Below are positions 18,494 through 26,347 of a stretch of 64,000 nt of DNA, in pieces. This stretch comes from a virus. The stretch is from IMG/VR virus record IMGVR_UViG_3300028610_002211, positions 32,001-96,000 of that record; one strand, 5' to 3'. The notes beneath the pieces are model-generated. The model was given only the letters and a program-made list of their open reading frames with translations, did no database searches and was not told the origin of the DNA. The translations under genes and the position numbers were made by a program. Position 1 is the stretch's first letter, and each line of letters starts with the position of its first letter.

Positions 18494-18699
18494 TGAGTCA
18501 ATACCAAAAAAAATTGTTCACCGTTGTTGTCGAACAAAGGCAAAGGCTTGAAATCGAAGTAGAGGCGTTTGATGCGCGCGGTGCGCGCGGGCAAATCCAA
18601 GACAAGGGTGTAGTCGAATATGAGAAACATCGGCCAGACTGGCGCCTTGTGGGGGCGCCTGAGTTGATTGTGGTAAACACCTATGAGACGAAAAAATGA
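18493..18699 (+). CDS. hypothetical protein
   Basis: TAATG coupling; IEVEA motif. Confidence 0.65.
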   Translation: MSQYQKKLFTVVVEQRQRLEIEVEAFDARGARGQIQDKGVVEYEKHRPDWRLVGAPELIVVNTYETKK

Positions 18700-18968
18700 T
18701 TTATCAAAATCGAGACTTAATCATGAGTGCCTTGTATGGCGCAGCGCTTTTTGTAGGTGGCAAGCCCAATCCTGCTACCCTTGCCCGGGTTATGGTCGTT
18801 CAACGGTCGCAAGTTGGACGCTGGATTGGGGGCGAAGCGGTTCCTAATCAACGTAATCTCGATCAACTTAATTTACTTTGTAAGTTTTGGAAAAATCACT
18901 TGTTAGAAGTCAAGAAATTAAGAGACGATCTTGATGTGGTTTTGCTACTAGACCGTTTGAAGCGGTAA
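18696..18968 (+). CDS. Cro/XRE-type HTH protein
   Basis: ATLARVMVVQRSQVGRWIGGEAVP fits the XRE HTH pattern. Confidence 0.65.
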   Translation: MIYQNRDLIMSALYGAALFVGGKPNPATLARVMVVQRSQVGRWIGGEAVPNQRNLDQLNLLCKFWKNHLLEVKKLRDDLDVVLLLDRLKR

Positions 18969-19012
18969 CGAATCCCCTAAATAATTTTTTTAAAATAAAA
19001 GTGAGAATTTTC

Positions 19013-19048
19013 TTGACATCTGAATTAAGAGGTGTTAAGCTTATAATA
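19013..19048 (+). promoter_or_regulatory. sigma70 cassette promoter
   Basis: TTGACA-17-TAAGCT with TG extension; +1 = A of ATG 19048. Confidence 0.8.
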
Positions 19049-19254
19049 TGAACAGCGCAACACAAAACACGGGAGCAAGCAAAATGAACACGGTAACACA
19101 CAGCGAAATCAAAAATGAAATTTGTGCCCAAACCCCCCGTTTTGTAGTGGCCAAAGTTGCCGGGCGCTTTGTTCAATTCACGATCCGCAGTAACGGCCAA
19201 TGGATCGAAAAAGGCAAAAAAATCGGGCTCGGGCTCGAATTGGTTTGGAGCTAA
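19048..19254 (+). CDS. cassette protein (second start 19084)
   Basis: leader MNSATQNTGASK-M. Confidence 0.65.
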   Translation: MNSATQNTGASKMNTVTHSEIKNEICAQTPRFVVAKVAGRFVQFTIRSNGQWIEKGKKIGLGLELVWS

Positions 19255-19258
19255 AACG

Positions 19259-19459
19259 ATGAAAAACGAAAGCGTAAAAGTCACCAAAGACGTTGAAATC
19301 ATACCTTGCGCGGGCAAGTGGTATGCTCACGTTATAGGTTCGCGCAAACACAACATTGGTCATCTTTGGAGTCGTCCGGTTGCACGCAAGCGCGCGATCG
19401 AAATTCAAAGTGAGATCGACGAAGGACTTATCAAAATCGTTCAACAAGGTGTAAAATGA
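19259..19459 (+). CDS. hypothetical protein
   Basis: SD GGAG. Confidence 0.6.
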   Translation: MKNESVKVTKDVEIIPCAGKWYAHVIGSRKHNIGHLWSRPVARKRAIEIQSEIDEGLIKIVQQGVK

Positions 19460-19638
19460 AAACTGAAACCGATAAAGAAATCAACAAGAAGAAGGTTGCA
19501 AGGTTGCGCGAAGAAATGGCCGAACTATACAAGAAGTACACGAAGATGCAAAACGGTCCTGAACGCGAAAAACTTTGGCGCAAAGAGCGGGCATTGTTAG
19601 AGGAAATACACGGATTAGAACAACATTTGTCTTTTTAG
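19456..19638 (+). CDS. hypothetical coiled-coil protein
   Basis: SD AGGTG; ATGA overlap. Confidence 0.65.
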   Translation: MKTETDKEINKKKVARLREEMAELYKKYTKMQNGPEREKLWRKERALLEEIHGLEQHLSF

Positions 19639-19648
19639 GGTGATCTTC

Positions 19649-20150
19649 AAAAATAAATGTCACTTTTTTCTTGACTTCTGAATTAAGCGTGTTAAACTTA
19701 TAATATGAGCGCAACACAAAACACAGGGGACAAGGCAATGAAAAGTCAAATCGAGAAAAAAAGTCGCGAAATCAAAAGTCTTTTTGAGACCAGCACTGTT
19801 TCAATTACTATCGCACAAGGGAGTATTTATTTTTCGATTTGGGACAACAGAAAAGAAGATCGCGAAGAAATGGCAATCGTCAAAGCGAAAGCGGTTAAGT
19901 GGATTATGGAAAACGACGATCGCAAATGGTTGCATGCGAAATCTCGCGGTTATCGTGTTTGGTGGTGGGGCGGAAACCAAACACGCAATATGGGTTTGCG
20001 TTGTGGTATTAAAACCAAATTGACAGACGCTGAGCACCAAGCTGTTGTCGCTGGACCGGATGCGTGGCGCGCGATACAGGAAAAATAAATGTCACTTTTT
20101 TCTTGACTTCTGAATTAAGCGTGTTAAACTTATAATATGAGCGCAACACA
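19649..20150 (+). repeat. perfect 70-bp direct repeat (19649-19718 / 20081-20150), each copy a cassette promoter
   Basis: identical AAAAATAAATGTC..TTGACT-16-TAAACT..ATGAGCGCAACACA; offset 432. Confidence 0.9.
19705..20088 (+). CDS. cassette protein (second start 19738)
   Basis: leader MSATQNTGDKA-M. Confidence 0.7.
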   Translation: MSATQNTGDKAMKSQIEKKSREIKSLFETSTVSITIAQGSIYFSIWDNRKEDREEMAIVKAKAVKWIMENDDRKWLHAKSRGYRVWWWGGNQTRNMGLRCGIKTKLTDAEHQAVVAGPDAWRAIQEK

Positions 20151-20430
20151 CAAAGGAGCAAGCAAAATGTTTGGACAAAACAGAATTGAAATAGTCAAAG
20201 AGACCCGTGATGATGGAACCGGCGCTTTTGAACGTTTGACCGATTCAGCGTTTTACTCGGTTAATCCCGAGCGTTGGACTAATGAAGCCGGGCGCCGATC
20301 TTGTCAGTTGGTTCTTTACTTCGAGATCCCGAGCGGGACAAAAGTTCCTGTGTTGGTAGCCGAACAAGATGATAGCTTTGGCCGGGCGCAGCTGTGGGCG
20401 CATGTCGCCGAATGTACCGCGCTAAGGTAA
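20137..20430 (+). CDS. cassette protein (second start 20167)
   Basis: leader MSATHKGASK-M. Confidence 0.7.
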   Translation: MSATHKGASKMFGQNRIEIVKETRDDGTGAFERLTDSAFYSVNPERWTNEAGRRSCQLVLYFEIPSGTKVPVLVAEQDDSFGRAQLWAHVAECTALR

Positions 20431-20497
20431 ACCTTAACCCCCAATTTTGGGCGCCTTACGGGGCGCCCAGGGGCGTCTCGATTGTCTAACTTTTTTC

Positions 20498-20526
20498 TTG
20501 ACATGTAAAATGGCTTGGTTCATAAT
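20498..20526 (+). promoter_or_regulatory. sigma70 promoter
   Basis: TTGACA-17-CATAAT. Confidence 0.7.
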
Positions 20527-20542
20527 TGAGACAGGGTGAAAA

Positions 20543-20749
20543 ATGGCTAGTATTTTAGATCTCAGAATCTGTTTAGAAAAAGATGGTTGGGCGTTATACG
20601 ATCCGAGCACAAAACAACATATTGAGCGCGGTTTAGACGAAAATGGTTTGATTGATCTCTATGGAAAAACGTTTGAACGTGTGGCGCGTGAAAGTGTAAG
20701 AATCGCGATCGAAAAAGCAAAAAAACAGTATTTAAAGGACACAAACTAA
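20543..20749 (+). CDS. hypothetical protein
   Basis: SD GGGTG. Confidence 0.7.
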   Translation: MASILDLRICLEKDGWALYDPSTKQHIERGLDENGLIDLYGKTFERVARESVRIAIEKAKKQYLKDTN

Positions 20750-20983
20750 ATGGGTTATCGAATTTACGATCTAGGTGTTTTGCCAAATGAGTTTTTACCT
20801 GAATTTGTTGCCGCTTTTTGCGATCAAAAACACAAAGGCGATCTACTTTTGGTTCACCCGATAAAAAATAACACCGAAAAACTTTTGATGATAAAATGTA
20901 AAAAGAGTCGTTTGGTATGTTATGCTAGTTGGCTCGATGGTTGGAAAACTGCAAAAGGGTTAATGGGGTTATCTCCCAAATGA
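20750..20983 (+). CDS. hypothetical protein
   Basis: SD AAGGA; abutting start. Confidence 0.65.
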   Translation: MGYRIYDLGVLPNEFLPEFVAAFCDQKHKGDLLLVHPIKNNTEKLLMIKCKKSRLVCYASWLDGWKTAKGLMGLSPK

Positions 20984-21315
20984 CCAAAATTGATTTTCTA
21001 AAAGTGTTTGTCACCAGAGAAAGAATTTATCGTTCGAATTCACATTATAGGGGCGATTTGAGAGCTATTAAACACGCGGTATTATTAAACGGGTGGACGA
21101 TACCGATCCAAATGTTAACGGCGCTCAAAAAGATTCTACCGGACTCCACACAAGTAATTATACACAATCCGCTTTGTGGTTTTGATATTGCGTTAGAGTT
21201 TAGATATGAAAGTGGTCAAATGAATGAAAGTGGTCGAATAACATTTTATAAAAGCTTTGTTGATGAGAAAAGTTACTTTTATAGCGATCCAAAATCAAAT
21301 TTGGTGGATAAATAG
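20980..21315 (+). CDS. hypothetical protein
   Basis: ATGA overlap. Confidence 0.6.
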   Translation: MTKIDFLKVFVTRERIYRSNSHYRGDLRAIKHAVLLNGWTIPIQMLTALKKILPDSTQVIIHNPLCGFDIALEFRYESGQMNESGRITFYKSFVDEKSYFYSDPKSNLVDK

Positions 21316-21328
21316 GAGCGATAAAGAG

Positions 21329-21505
21329 ATGAAGTTAAAAGATTTTACAGTGATACAAGTTTGGGGGGTTGATAAAAATGACAAAATTTTTATTTTAGCT
21401 CAAATTATCCCACAAGACGACGAAAGAACAATTATCGATTTGAAGAAAATCGTTGAATCATTTAAACCTAAATCAAAAGAAGAAATGGAGTTTTTGAGAA
21501 AATGA
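21329..21505 (+). CDS. hypothetical protein
   Basis: AGGAG upstream; FTVIQVWGVD. Confidence 0.5.
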   Translation: MKLKDFTVIQVWGVDKNDKIFILAQIIPQDDERTIIDLKKIVESFKPKSKEEMEFLRK

Positions 21506-21975
21506 TTTTTACAACTTTGAAAAGCGCTTTCGAAAAGTCACCAAAAATAGAGAGGCCTGAAACAATCGCTTTGCTATCTGGGGTTGATTGTTTTGTAATT
21601 ATTGCAAATCGCGTTTGGTTAAAAACCGTTGGTGAATTTTCGATCTGTGATCATAATTGGAAATCTTGGGTTAAAGATAGTTTGCCAATGGCGTATTGTG
21701 ATGATGAACTTGACGATTGTGACGATTTGGTATTGAGCAGTTGCAACTTTTTGGTATTGCCAAACGAAAAACGTAAATTGGCCCAAAGACAATTGGATCG
21801 AATTTGGCGTAATATCCCAAAGCCACAAAAACCAGGTTCTGTTAATTTGCCGGTTGCTCTAAAGTGTGGTGAATGTAATGATCCATTATCTGGTACCGTC
21901 TATTTTTTAAAAGGCGAAGAACCGGAGTTTGTGATTTTTGTTGAGCGTTGTCGTTGTAACGATAACGACGAATAA
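21502..21975 (+). CDS. hypothetical protein with C-terminal Zn ribbon
   Basis: ATGA overlap; CGEC..CRC. Confidence 0.65.
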   Translation: MIFTTLKSAFEKSPKIERPETIALLSGVDCFVIIANRVWLKTVGEFSICDHNWKSWVKDSLPMAYCDDELDDCDDLVLSSCNFLVLPNEKRKLAQRQLDRIWRNIPKPQKPGSVNLPVALKCGECNDPLSGTVYFLKGEEPEFVIFVERCRCNDNDE

Positions 21976-21991
21976 ACAGAGGAGCAAAAAA

Positions 21992-22354
21992 ATGACTATA
22001 GAAGCAATCGAAAAACTACACCTTTCACAAAAATTGACACGGGAAGAAATCGATTTTGCAAAAGAGGTTGCAAGGGTGAAGCGGTGTTACTCTGATTGTT
22101 TGAAAGCTGCAATGTCAAATAAAGGTTGGAAACTCGATCCAATCAAAAGTCAGTTCACTTTACAAAAGAAGAAAAAAAATAAGAATTTTATTGATGTTGA
22201 TGTTTTGAACGGGATAACAAACCCACAAAGCGGCAAAGTTTTGGTTGAAGCTGGGTTTATCGATCAACGGATTTGGGATCTTGCTCAATATGCTTTTTTA
22301 AGTATTCCATCGTGGGACAGGTTTTTTGGATCTATTGCCGCCGCACTTAGGTAA
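21992..22354 (+). CDS. hypothetical protein
   Basis: SD GAGGAG. Confidence 0.7.
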   Translation: MTIEAIEKLHLSQKLTREEIDFAKEVARVKRCYSDCLKAAMSNKGWKLDPIKSQFTLQKKKKNKNFIDVDVLNGITNPQSGKVLVEAGFIDQRIWDLAQYAFLSIPSWDRFFGSIAAALR

Positions 22355-22358
22355 AAAA

Positions 22359-22619
22359 ATGGATCCGAAAAAACTTGACATAACATTGAGCTTTAAAGGT
22401 AGTGCTGCAAACGGTGGGACAAAGATAACCGGGCGCGATAACATCATTGCTTGGATGGCAGAATGCAAAACAATCCTCGACAAACTCGATCAGATAACCA
22501 ACGATCACGATCTCGCTGCTTTCTTCGGTGTTCTTTGCGAGTTTGAATTTACCGATTTTAGAAATGAACTTGAGCGAGCGTTTAAAGCCTGCAAAAATGT
22601 TTTAGAAAGCCCATTTTAG
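22359..22619 (+). CDS. hypothetical protein
   Basis: SD AGGT. Confidence 0.65.
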   Translation: MDPKKLDITLSFKGSAANGGTKITGRDNIIAWMAECKTILDKLDQITNDHDLAAFFGVLCEFEFTDFRNELERAFKACKNVLESPF

Positions 22620-22632
22620 AAAGGGGTTGTAA

Positions 22633-22935
22633 ATGGATAGTGAATCGATTGCAACTTTGATTGCAGGATTTTTTATGGGTGGATTTTTTGGAGTTTGTTT
22701 GACCGCGCTTTGGCTTAAAACGAAAAGCGGTTTTGCTTCGTTGTCTTTGTCTTTCAAACCGAAAGACAAAAAACAAGTTCCCACCCTTTTTTCTCCGGTT
22801 ACTAGTTGCAGACATTGCGGATCGAATAATATTTTAATCGAACAAGCAAAAGGTTTGTACCGCTGCGAACATTGTTTTTTCTTGGGTCGCTTGTTTGTTG
22901 ATCCTACAACCGGAGAACCCCGCAAATTTTCCTGA
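22633..22935 (+). CDS. TM plus Zn-ribbon protein
   Basis: N-terminal TM; CRHC..CEHC. Confidence 0.7.
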   Translation: MDSESIATLIAGFFMGGFFGVCLTALWLKTKSGFASLSLSFKPKDKKQVPTLFSPVTSCRHCGSNNILIEQAKGLYRCEHCFFLGRLFVDPTTGEPRKFS

Positions 22936-22947
22936 AAGGAGTTTTTA

Positions 22948-23191
22948 ATGATTCCAACATACACAGAAATCGATCTTGAACCTTGGCTTGGCGCTTCGGG
23001 CGTTGAACGCTTCTCAACGTTAGACACACTACAAGGCTATTTCGAGCCCGAAAACCTCAAAGCAATCCTTGGGCCCGGATGTTGACCTTGAAAGGGCACA
23101 GCTGGCTTGTGAGCAAGCTACAACGCAATGGAAACAGCAACACGAAGACGATCCGTGCAGTTCTTGCCCGGTTGGGCGTTGGATGTCATAA
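22948..23191 (+). pseudogene. gene split by a +1 frame change at GGGCCCG (23071-23077)
   Basis: SD AAGGAG; frame 0 stops at 23085; +1 frame continues PDVDLERAQLAC..CSSCP to 23191. Confidence 0.55.
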
Positions 23192-23248
23192 AAGAACCGA
23201 TCAAAACCAGGTTGTAAAAATTATTTTAAAATAAATGTCGTTTTTTTC

Positions 23249-23284
23249 TTGACATCTGAATTAAGGGGTGTTAAGTTTATAGTA
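23249..23284 (+). promoter_or_regulatory. sigma70 cassette promoter
   Basis: TTGACA-17-TAAGTT; +1 = A of ATG 23284. Confidence 0.8.
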
Positions 23285-23493
23285 TGAACAGCGCAACACA
23301 CAAAGGAGCCAAGACAATGAAAAGCGAAGAAATGATAGCCAAAATTGAAAGTGAAAAGAGGGAAGTTAATCGGCGCCTTAAGGATTACGATCTGGCGCAA
23401 ACTACACCAAATAATTTGACAATCAGGGTGATAAGCCGTTTAAAAGGCAAGTTGTCTGGATTAGAGTTTGCCTTAAAACTGTTGAAAAAATAA
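23284..23493 (+). CDS. cassette protein, GxLxGL.FAL family (second start 23317)
   Basis: leader MNSATHKGAKT-M; RLKGKLSGLEFALKLL. Confidence 0.7.
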   Translation: MNSATHKGAKTMKSEEMIAKIESEKREVNRRLKDYDLAQTTPNNLTIRVISRLKGKLSGLEFALKLLKK

Positions 23494-23736
23494 ATGAAAG
23501 AGGCAAGCAAAATGAAAATCCAAATCGCTAGTTTATACGCAAACGAGAAAAACAAAAAAAAGGCCGATCGGATCAAAAAGGCACTACAAGGAAAAACGTC
23601 TTTTAATTTGCAAGTGTCGGCGGTCAACAAGGGTGGAAACCTCATTATCACAGTTTCGAGTAGCTTTGCCGAAAACATGGTTGAATTGGCTGAGATGGTT
23701 ATGACTCTTCTTGTTGACTTGATCGACGGTGAATAA
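23494..23736 (+). CDS. hypothetical protein
   Basis: GAGG before in-frame ATG 23512. Confidence 0.65.
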   Translation: MKEASKMKIQIASLYANEKNKKKADRIKKALQGKTSFNLQVSAVNKGGNLIITVSSSFAENMVELAEMVMTLLVDLIDGE

Positions 23737-23737
23737 A

Positions 23738-25015
23738 ATGAAAAACGTAACACAAGAAAGAAAAATTTTTTGGTACAATCGTTTCGATTTTTTGGCGGTA
23801 GCAATTCTTTTTTGGGCCACTATCAAAAAGAGCGCTTTCAACAATGCGCGCTTGGTTTTCAACGGCGAAACCCGCGTTGTTAGGGGTCGGACCGAATATT
23901 CACCCAACATCACAGAATACGGTTTTGAAGTTGTTTGCGACATCAACGATCATATCGAAATCCCTGGACACCGCTTTGTTGGAATCGCCGTAAACAAAGG
24001 ACCGGGTTGGATCGTTACCAACTTCACTGACGATTTCAAATTCACCAAAGAGGTTGTTGACTCTTTGGATCCACAACGTTGTGATATGTGCGGACACAAA
24101 AGAGACCGGGTTCGTTTGATGATTCTCGAAAACACCGATACCAAAGAGCTTGTGATCGTGGGTGGCAGCTGCGCAAAGAATTTTCGCAACGTCAATCTTG
24201 AAGACTTGGTCCGCAAAATGACAATTTTCTCAAGCAACTTTGGCTGTATGGACCCTGATGAATTGGGCGGTTTTGGCGGCGGCGGTCGTAGAATTTTGGA
24301 TTTGGTTGAGTCGATCGCGGTTGGCGAATTGTTGATCTCTCGACTCGGGTACACCTCAAGAAAAAAAGCAGATATAGGAATGACTTATGCTACTTCAGAT
24401 TTGATCGCCGATTATTTCGCGAGCAAGGGTAAGTCTTACAAATCCATCAAAGCCGTTATGGACCGCTCAAGGTTAGACCTTGCTCAGCGCATTAAAGAGC
24501 TTACAAACGGCGGTCTGAAGGCGCTTAGGGCTCATTTCGAGCGCGCTAACGAGCGCCGTTGGTCTGAATTCAACAGCAACATGGTTGTTTGGTTGTCTTG
24601 TAAAGAAGACGTTCCGCTTGGTGTCGCTGCTTACCTCGCTTTTGTCAACCTCGAAGGCGCCAAAGAATCGGACCGGACCGATCAGAAAGTTGCCGGCTTC
24701 GACGGTGCACCGATCAAAAAAATGTCAGATTTCGGTTGGTTCAAAGTGGTAAACGTTAGAGCAAAGGAGAATGATTACACTGGTAACACTGATTTTTGTT
24801 TCACTTGTTTGAACGCCGATTCACAAAAACTTTGGTTCAAGGTTGGCGAGAATAGCGTTGCAAATAAAGCTTATGATCAAGTTGTCTCGGGTGATGGGGT
24901 TAACCAAGATCAAGAGATCTGGATCGATGTTCGTGGCAAATTGACCCGAAGCAAAAGTGAAATTGCTTTTGCTTCGCACATCAAATTCAAAAAAGTTGAA
25001 ATCCGCACAATCTAA
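23738..25015 (+). CDS. large hypothetical protein with Zn ribbon and probable C-terminal OB fold
   Basis: CDMC..R.R....VGGSC; beta-rich C-terminus. Confidence 0.75.
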   Translation: MKNVTQERKIFWYNRFDFLAVAILFWATIKKSAFNNARLVFNGETRVVRGRTEYSPNITEYGFEVVCDINDHIEIPGHRFVGIAVNKGPGWIVTNFTDDFKFTKEVVDSLDPQRCDMCGHKRDRVRLMILENTDTKELVIVGGSCAKNFRNVNLEDLVRKMTIFSSNFGCMDPDELGGFGGGGRRILDLVESIAVGELLISRLGYTSRKKADIGMTYATSDLIADYFASKGKSYKSIKAVMDRSRLDLAQRIKELTNGGLKALRAHFERANERRWSEFNSNMVVWLSCKEDVPLGVAAYLAFVNLEGAKESDRTDQKVAGFDGAPIKKMSDFGWFKVVNVRAKENDYTGNTDFCFTCLNADSQKLWFKVGENSVANKAYDQVVSGDGVNQDQEIWIDVRGKLTRSKSEIAFASHIKFKKVEIRTI

Positions 25016-25033
25016 ACAATTTCGAAAAGCAAA

Positions 25034-25066
25034 CAAAGGGTGCGGGAAACCGCGCTCTTTGTCTTT
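25034..25066 (+). terminator. GNRA-capped hairpin, possibly a bidirectional terminator
   Basis: CAAAGGGTGCGG-GAAA-CCGCGCTCTTTG. Confidence 0.6.
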
Positions 25067-25211
25067 GCAGAATGTCCAGGGCGCCCTTGTGCGCGCGCCC
25101 GCGCGCGGGCGCATACTCGGGCAAGGGTTAAACACAACGGCCGTTAGAACGGCGCACAAAGGTTCTGAGAAGGAAGTGAGATAAACAGATCCTAAAGGAT
25201 AATATCTAAAT

Positions 25212-25228
25212 TGCAATCTGCGTGCCAA
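25212..25228 (-). promoter_or_regulatory. sigma54 (-24/-12) site A
   Basis: minus strand TTGGCACGCAGATTGCA. Confidence 0.7.
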
Positions 25229-25268
25229 AGGAAAAATAATTTTTTTTAAAATAAAAGTGAGAATTTTC

Positions 25269-25303
25269 TTGACATCTGAATTAGCTGTGTTAAGTTTATA
25301 ATA
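25269..25303 (+). promoter_or_regulatory. sigma70 cassette promoter
   Basis: TTGACA-16-TAAGTT; +1 = A of ATG 25303. Confidence 0.75.
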
Positions 25304-25476
25304 TGAGCGCAACAATAAGGAGCAAGACAATGAACGTTAAAATGAAAAAAGGAGAAACAGGTTATTTCAAGGGTGACAAAATACAATTCACCGGAAAAGA
25401 AGAAGTTCTTTACGGTGGGCTTTTCGATGAGTTTGTTTATCTCGAAGGTTATAAAAAAGCAGCTAAAAAAGCATAA
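25303..25476 (+). CDS. 57-aa cassette protein (second start 25330; not in ORF track)
   Basis: leader MSATIRSKT-M; TAAGGAG SD; TAATG coupling to next gene. Confidence 0.65.
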   Translation: MSATIRSKTMNVKMKKGETGYFKGDKIQFTGKEEVLYGGLFDEFVYLEGYKKAAKKA

Positions 25477-25817
25477 TGCACAAAGGAGCAAGTAAAATGA
25501 ACACCACTAACAATAATAAAAATACTGTCGAAGAAAAAAGAACAACAATCGAGGTTTTCGACCCTAAAAAATTCGATCACAACCAAAGGTGGTTTCAACC
25601 GATCAACAATTTTGCTTTTCTTGGACAAGCTTCCGGTATGGCGCTCGCTCACGATCCGATTTATAGGGATAGTCTATGGGCCGAAACAGTACCGCACCCT
25701 AATTTTTTGCGCGATGTCGAGAGAAAATTTCCCGGTCATGTGTTGGTTTATGATGATATGGGTCATGGACGCGATTGGATTCTCTCGATCAAAGGTTCTA
25801 TTCCTTCGAACGAATAG
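25476..25817 (+). CDS. hypothetical protein (second start 25497)
   Basis: partial leader MHKGASK-M. Confidence 0.7.
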   Translation: MHKGASKMNTTNNNKNTVEEKRTTIEVFDPKKFDHNQRWFQPINNFAFLGQASGMALAHDPIYRDSLWAETVPHPNFLRDVERKFPGHVLVYDDMGHGRDWILSIKGSIPSNE

Positions 25818-25818
25818 C

Positions 25819-25924
25819 GTTCAACGCCCTTGTGCGCGCCCCTGTGGTAACTTTTGTTTGTCTCCTGTGTTGCGCTAACCATGGGGATTTGAGTCGAACA
25901 GGAGCGCGCACAAGGGTGTTGAAC
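25819..25924. repeat. 27-bp inverted repeat with 52-nt loop (candidate ncRNA)
   Basis: arms 25819-25845 / 25898-25924, 25/27 complementary. Confidence 0.85.
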
Positions 25925-25985
25925 CCGTTCAACAGCTTCAATGAACCTGCCAAAATAAACAGATCCTAAAGGATAATATCTAAAT

Positions 25986-26002
25986 TGCAATTCACGTGCC
26001 AA
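25986..26002 (-). promoter_or_regulatory. sigma54 (-24/-12) site B
   Basis: minus strand TTGGCACGTGAATTGCA. Confidence 0.7.
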
Positions 26003-26043
26003 GAAAAAAACCACTTCTGTTTAATTTAAATGTCGTTTTTCGG

Positions 26044-26079
26044 TTGACATCTAAATTAGAATGATTAAGCTTTATAGTA
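26044..26079 (+). promoter_or_regulatory. sigma70 cassette promoter
   Basis: TTGACA-16-TAAGCT; ATG 26079 lies 8 nt after the -10. Confidence 0.75.
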
Positions 26080-26300
26080 TGAGCGCAACACAAAACACGG
26101 GAGAAAACAAAATGACAAAAATCGAAATGGCTCAGTATATTGTTGAGGTCTTGTATCAGTTGGACCACGTACCTGCCCGAGATCACATCCATGTCCAGCG
26201 AATAGCTCGCAGGCCGAAGGTTGCCTTGGAGAATTTGTACGAAAGAGCTTTCGTGGTCGAAGAAGAGCTGAAGGCGAAAAAAACCATAGCTAGCCTGTAA
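26079..26300 (+). CDS. cassette protein (second start 26112)
   Basis: leader MSATQNTGENK-M. Confidence 0.7.
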   Translation: MSATQNTGENKMTKIEMAQYIVEVLYQLDHVPARDHIHVQRIARRPKVALENLYERAFVVEEELKAKKTIASL

Positions 26301-26347
26301 ACCAAAACTGCAAACGGGGGGGGTAACACTCCCCGAAAGGGTGTCCG

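Noticed and set aside
25763-25882. Minus-strand 39-aa ORF MVSATQETNK..
   Set aside because: No SD, and it runs through the hairpin arm and antisense to 25476; kept only as part of the leader-mimic observation
19649-26114. Promoter-leader repeats as a CRISPR array
   Set aside because: Repeats are separated by whole genes of variable length; no cas genes and no regular spacers
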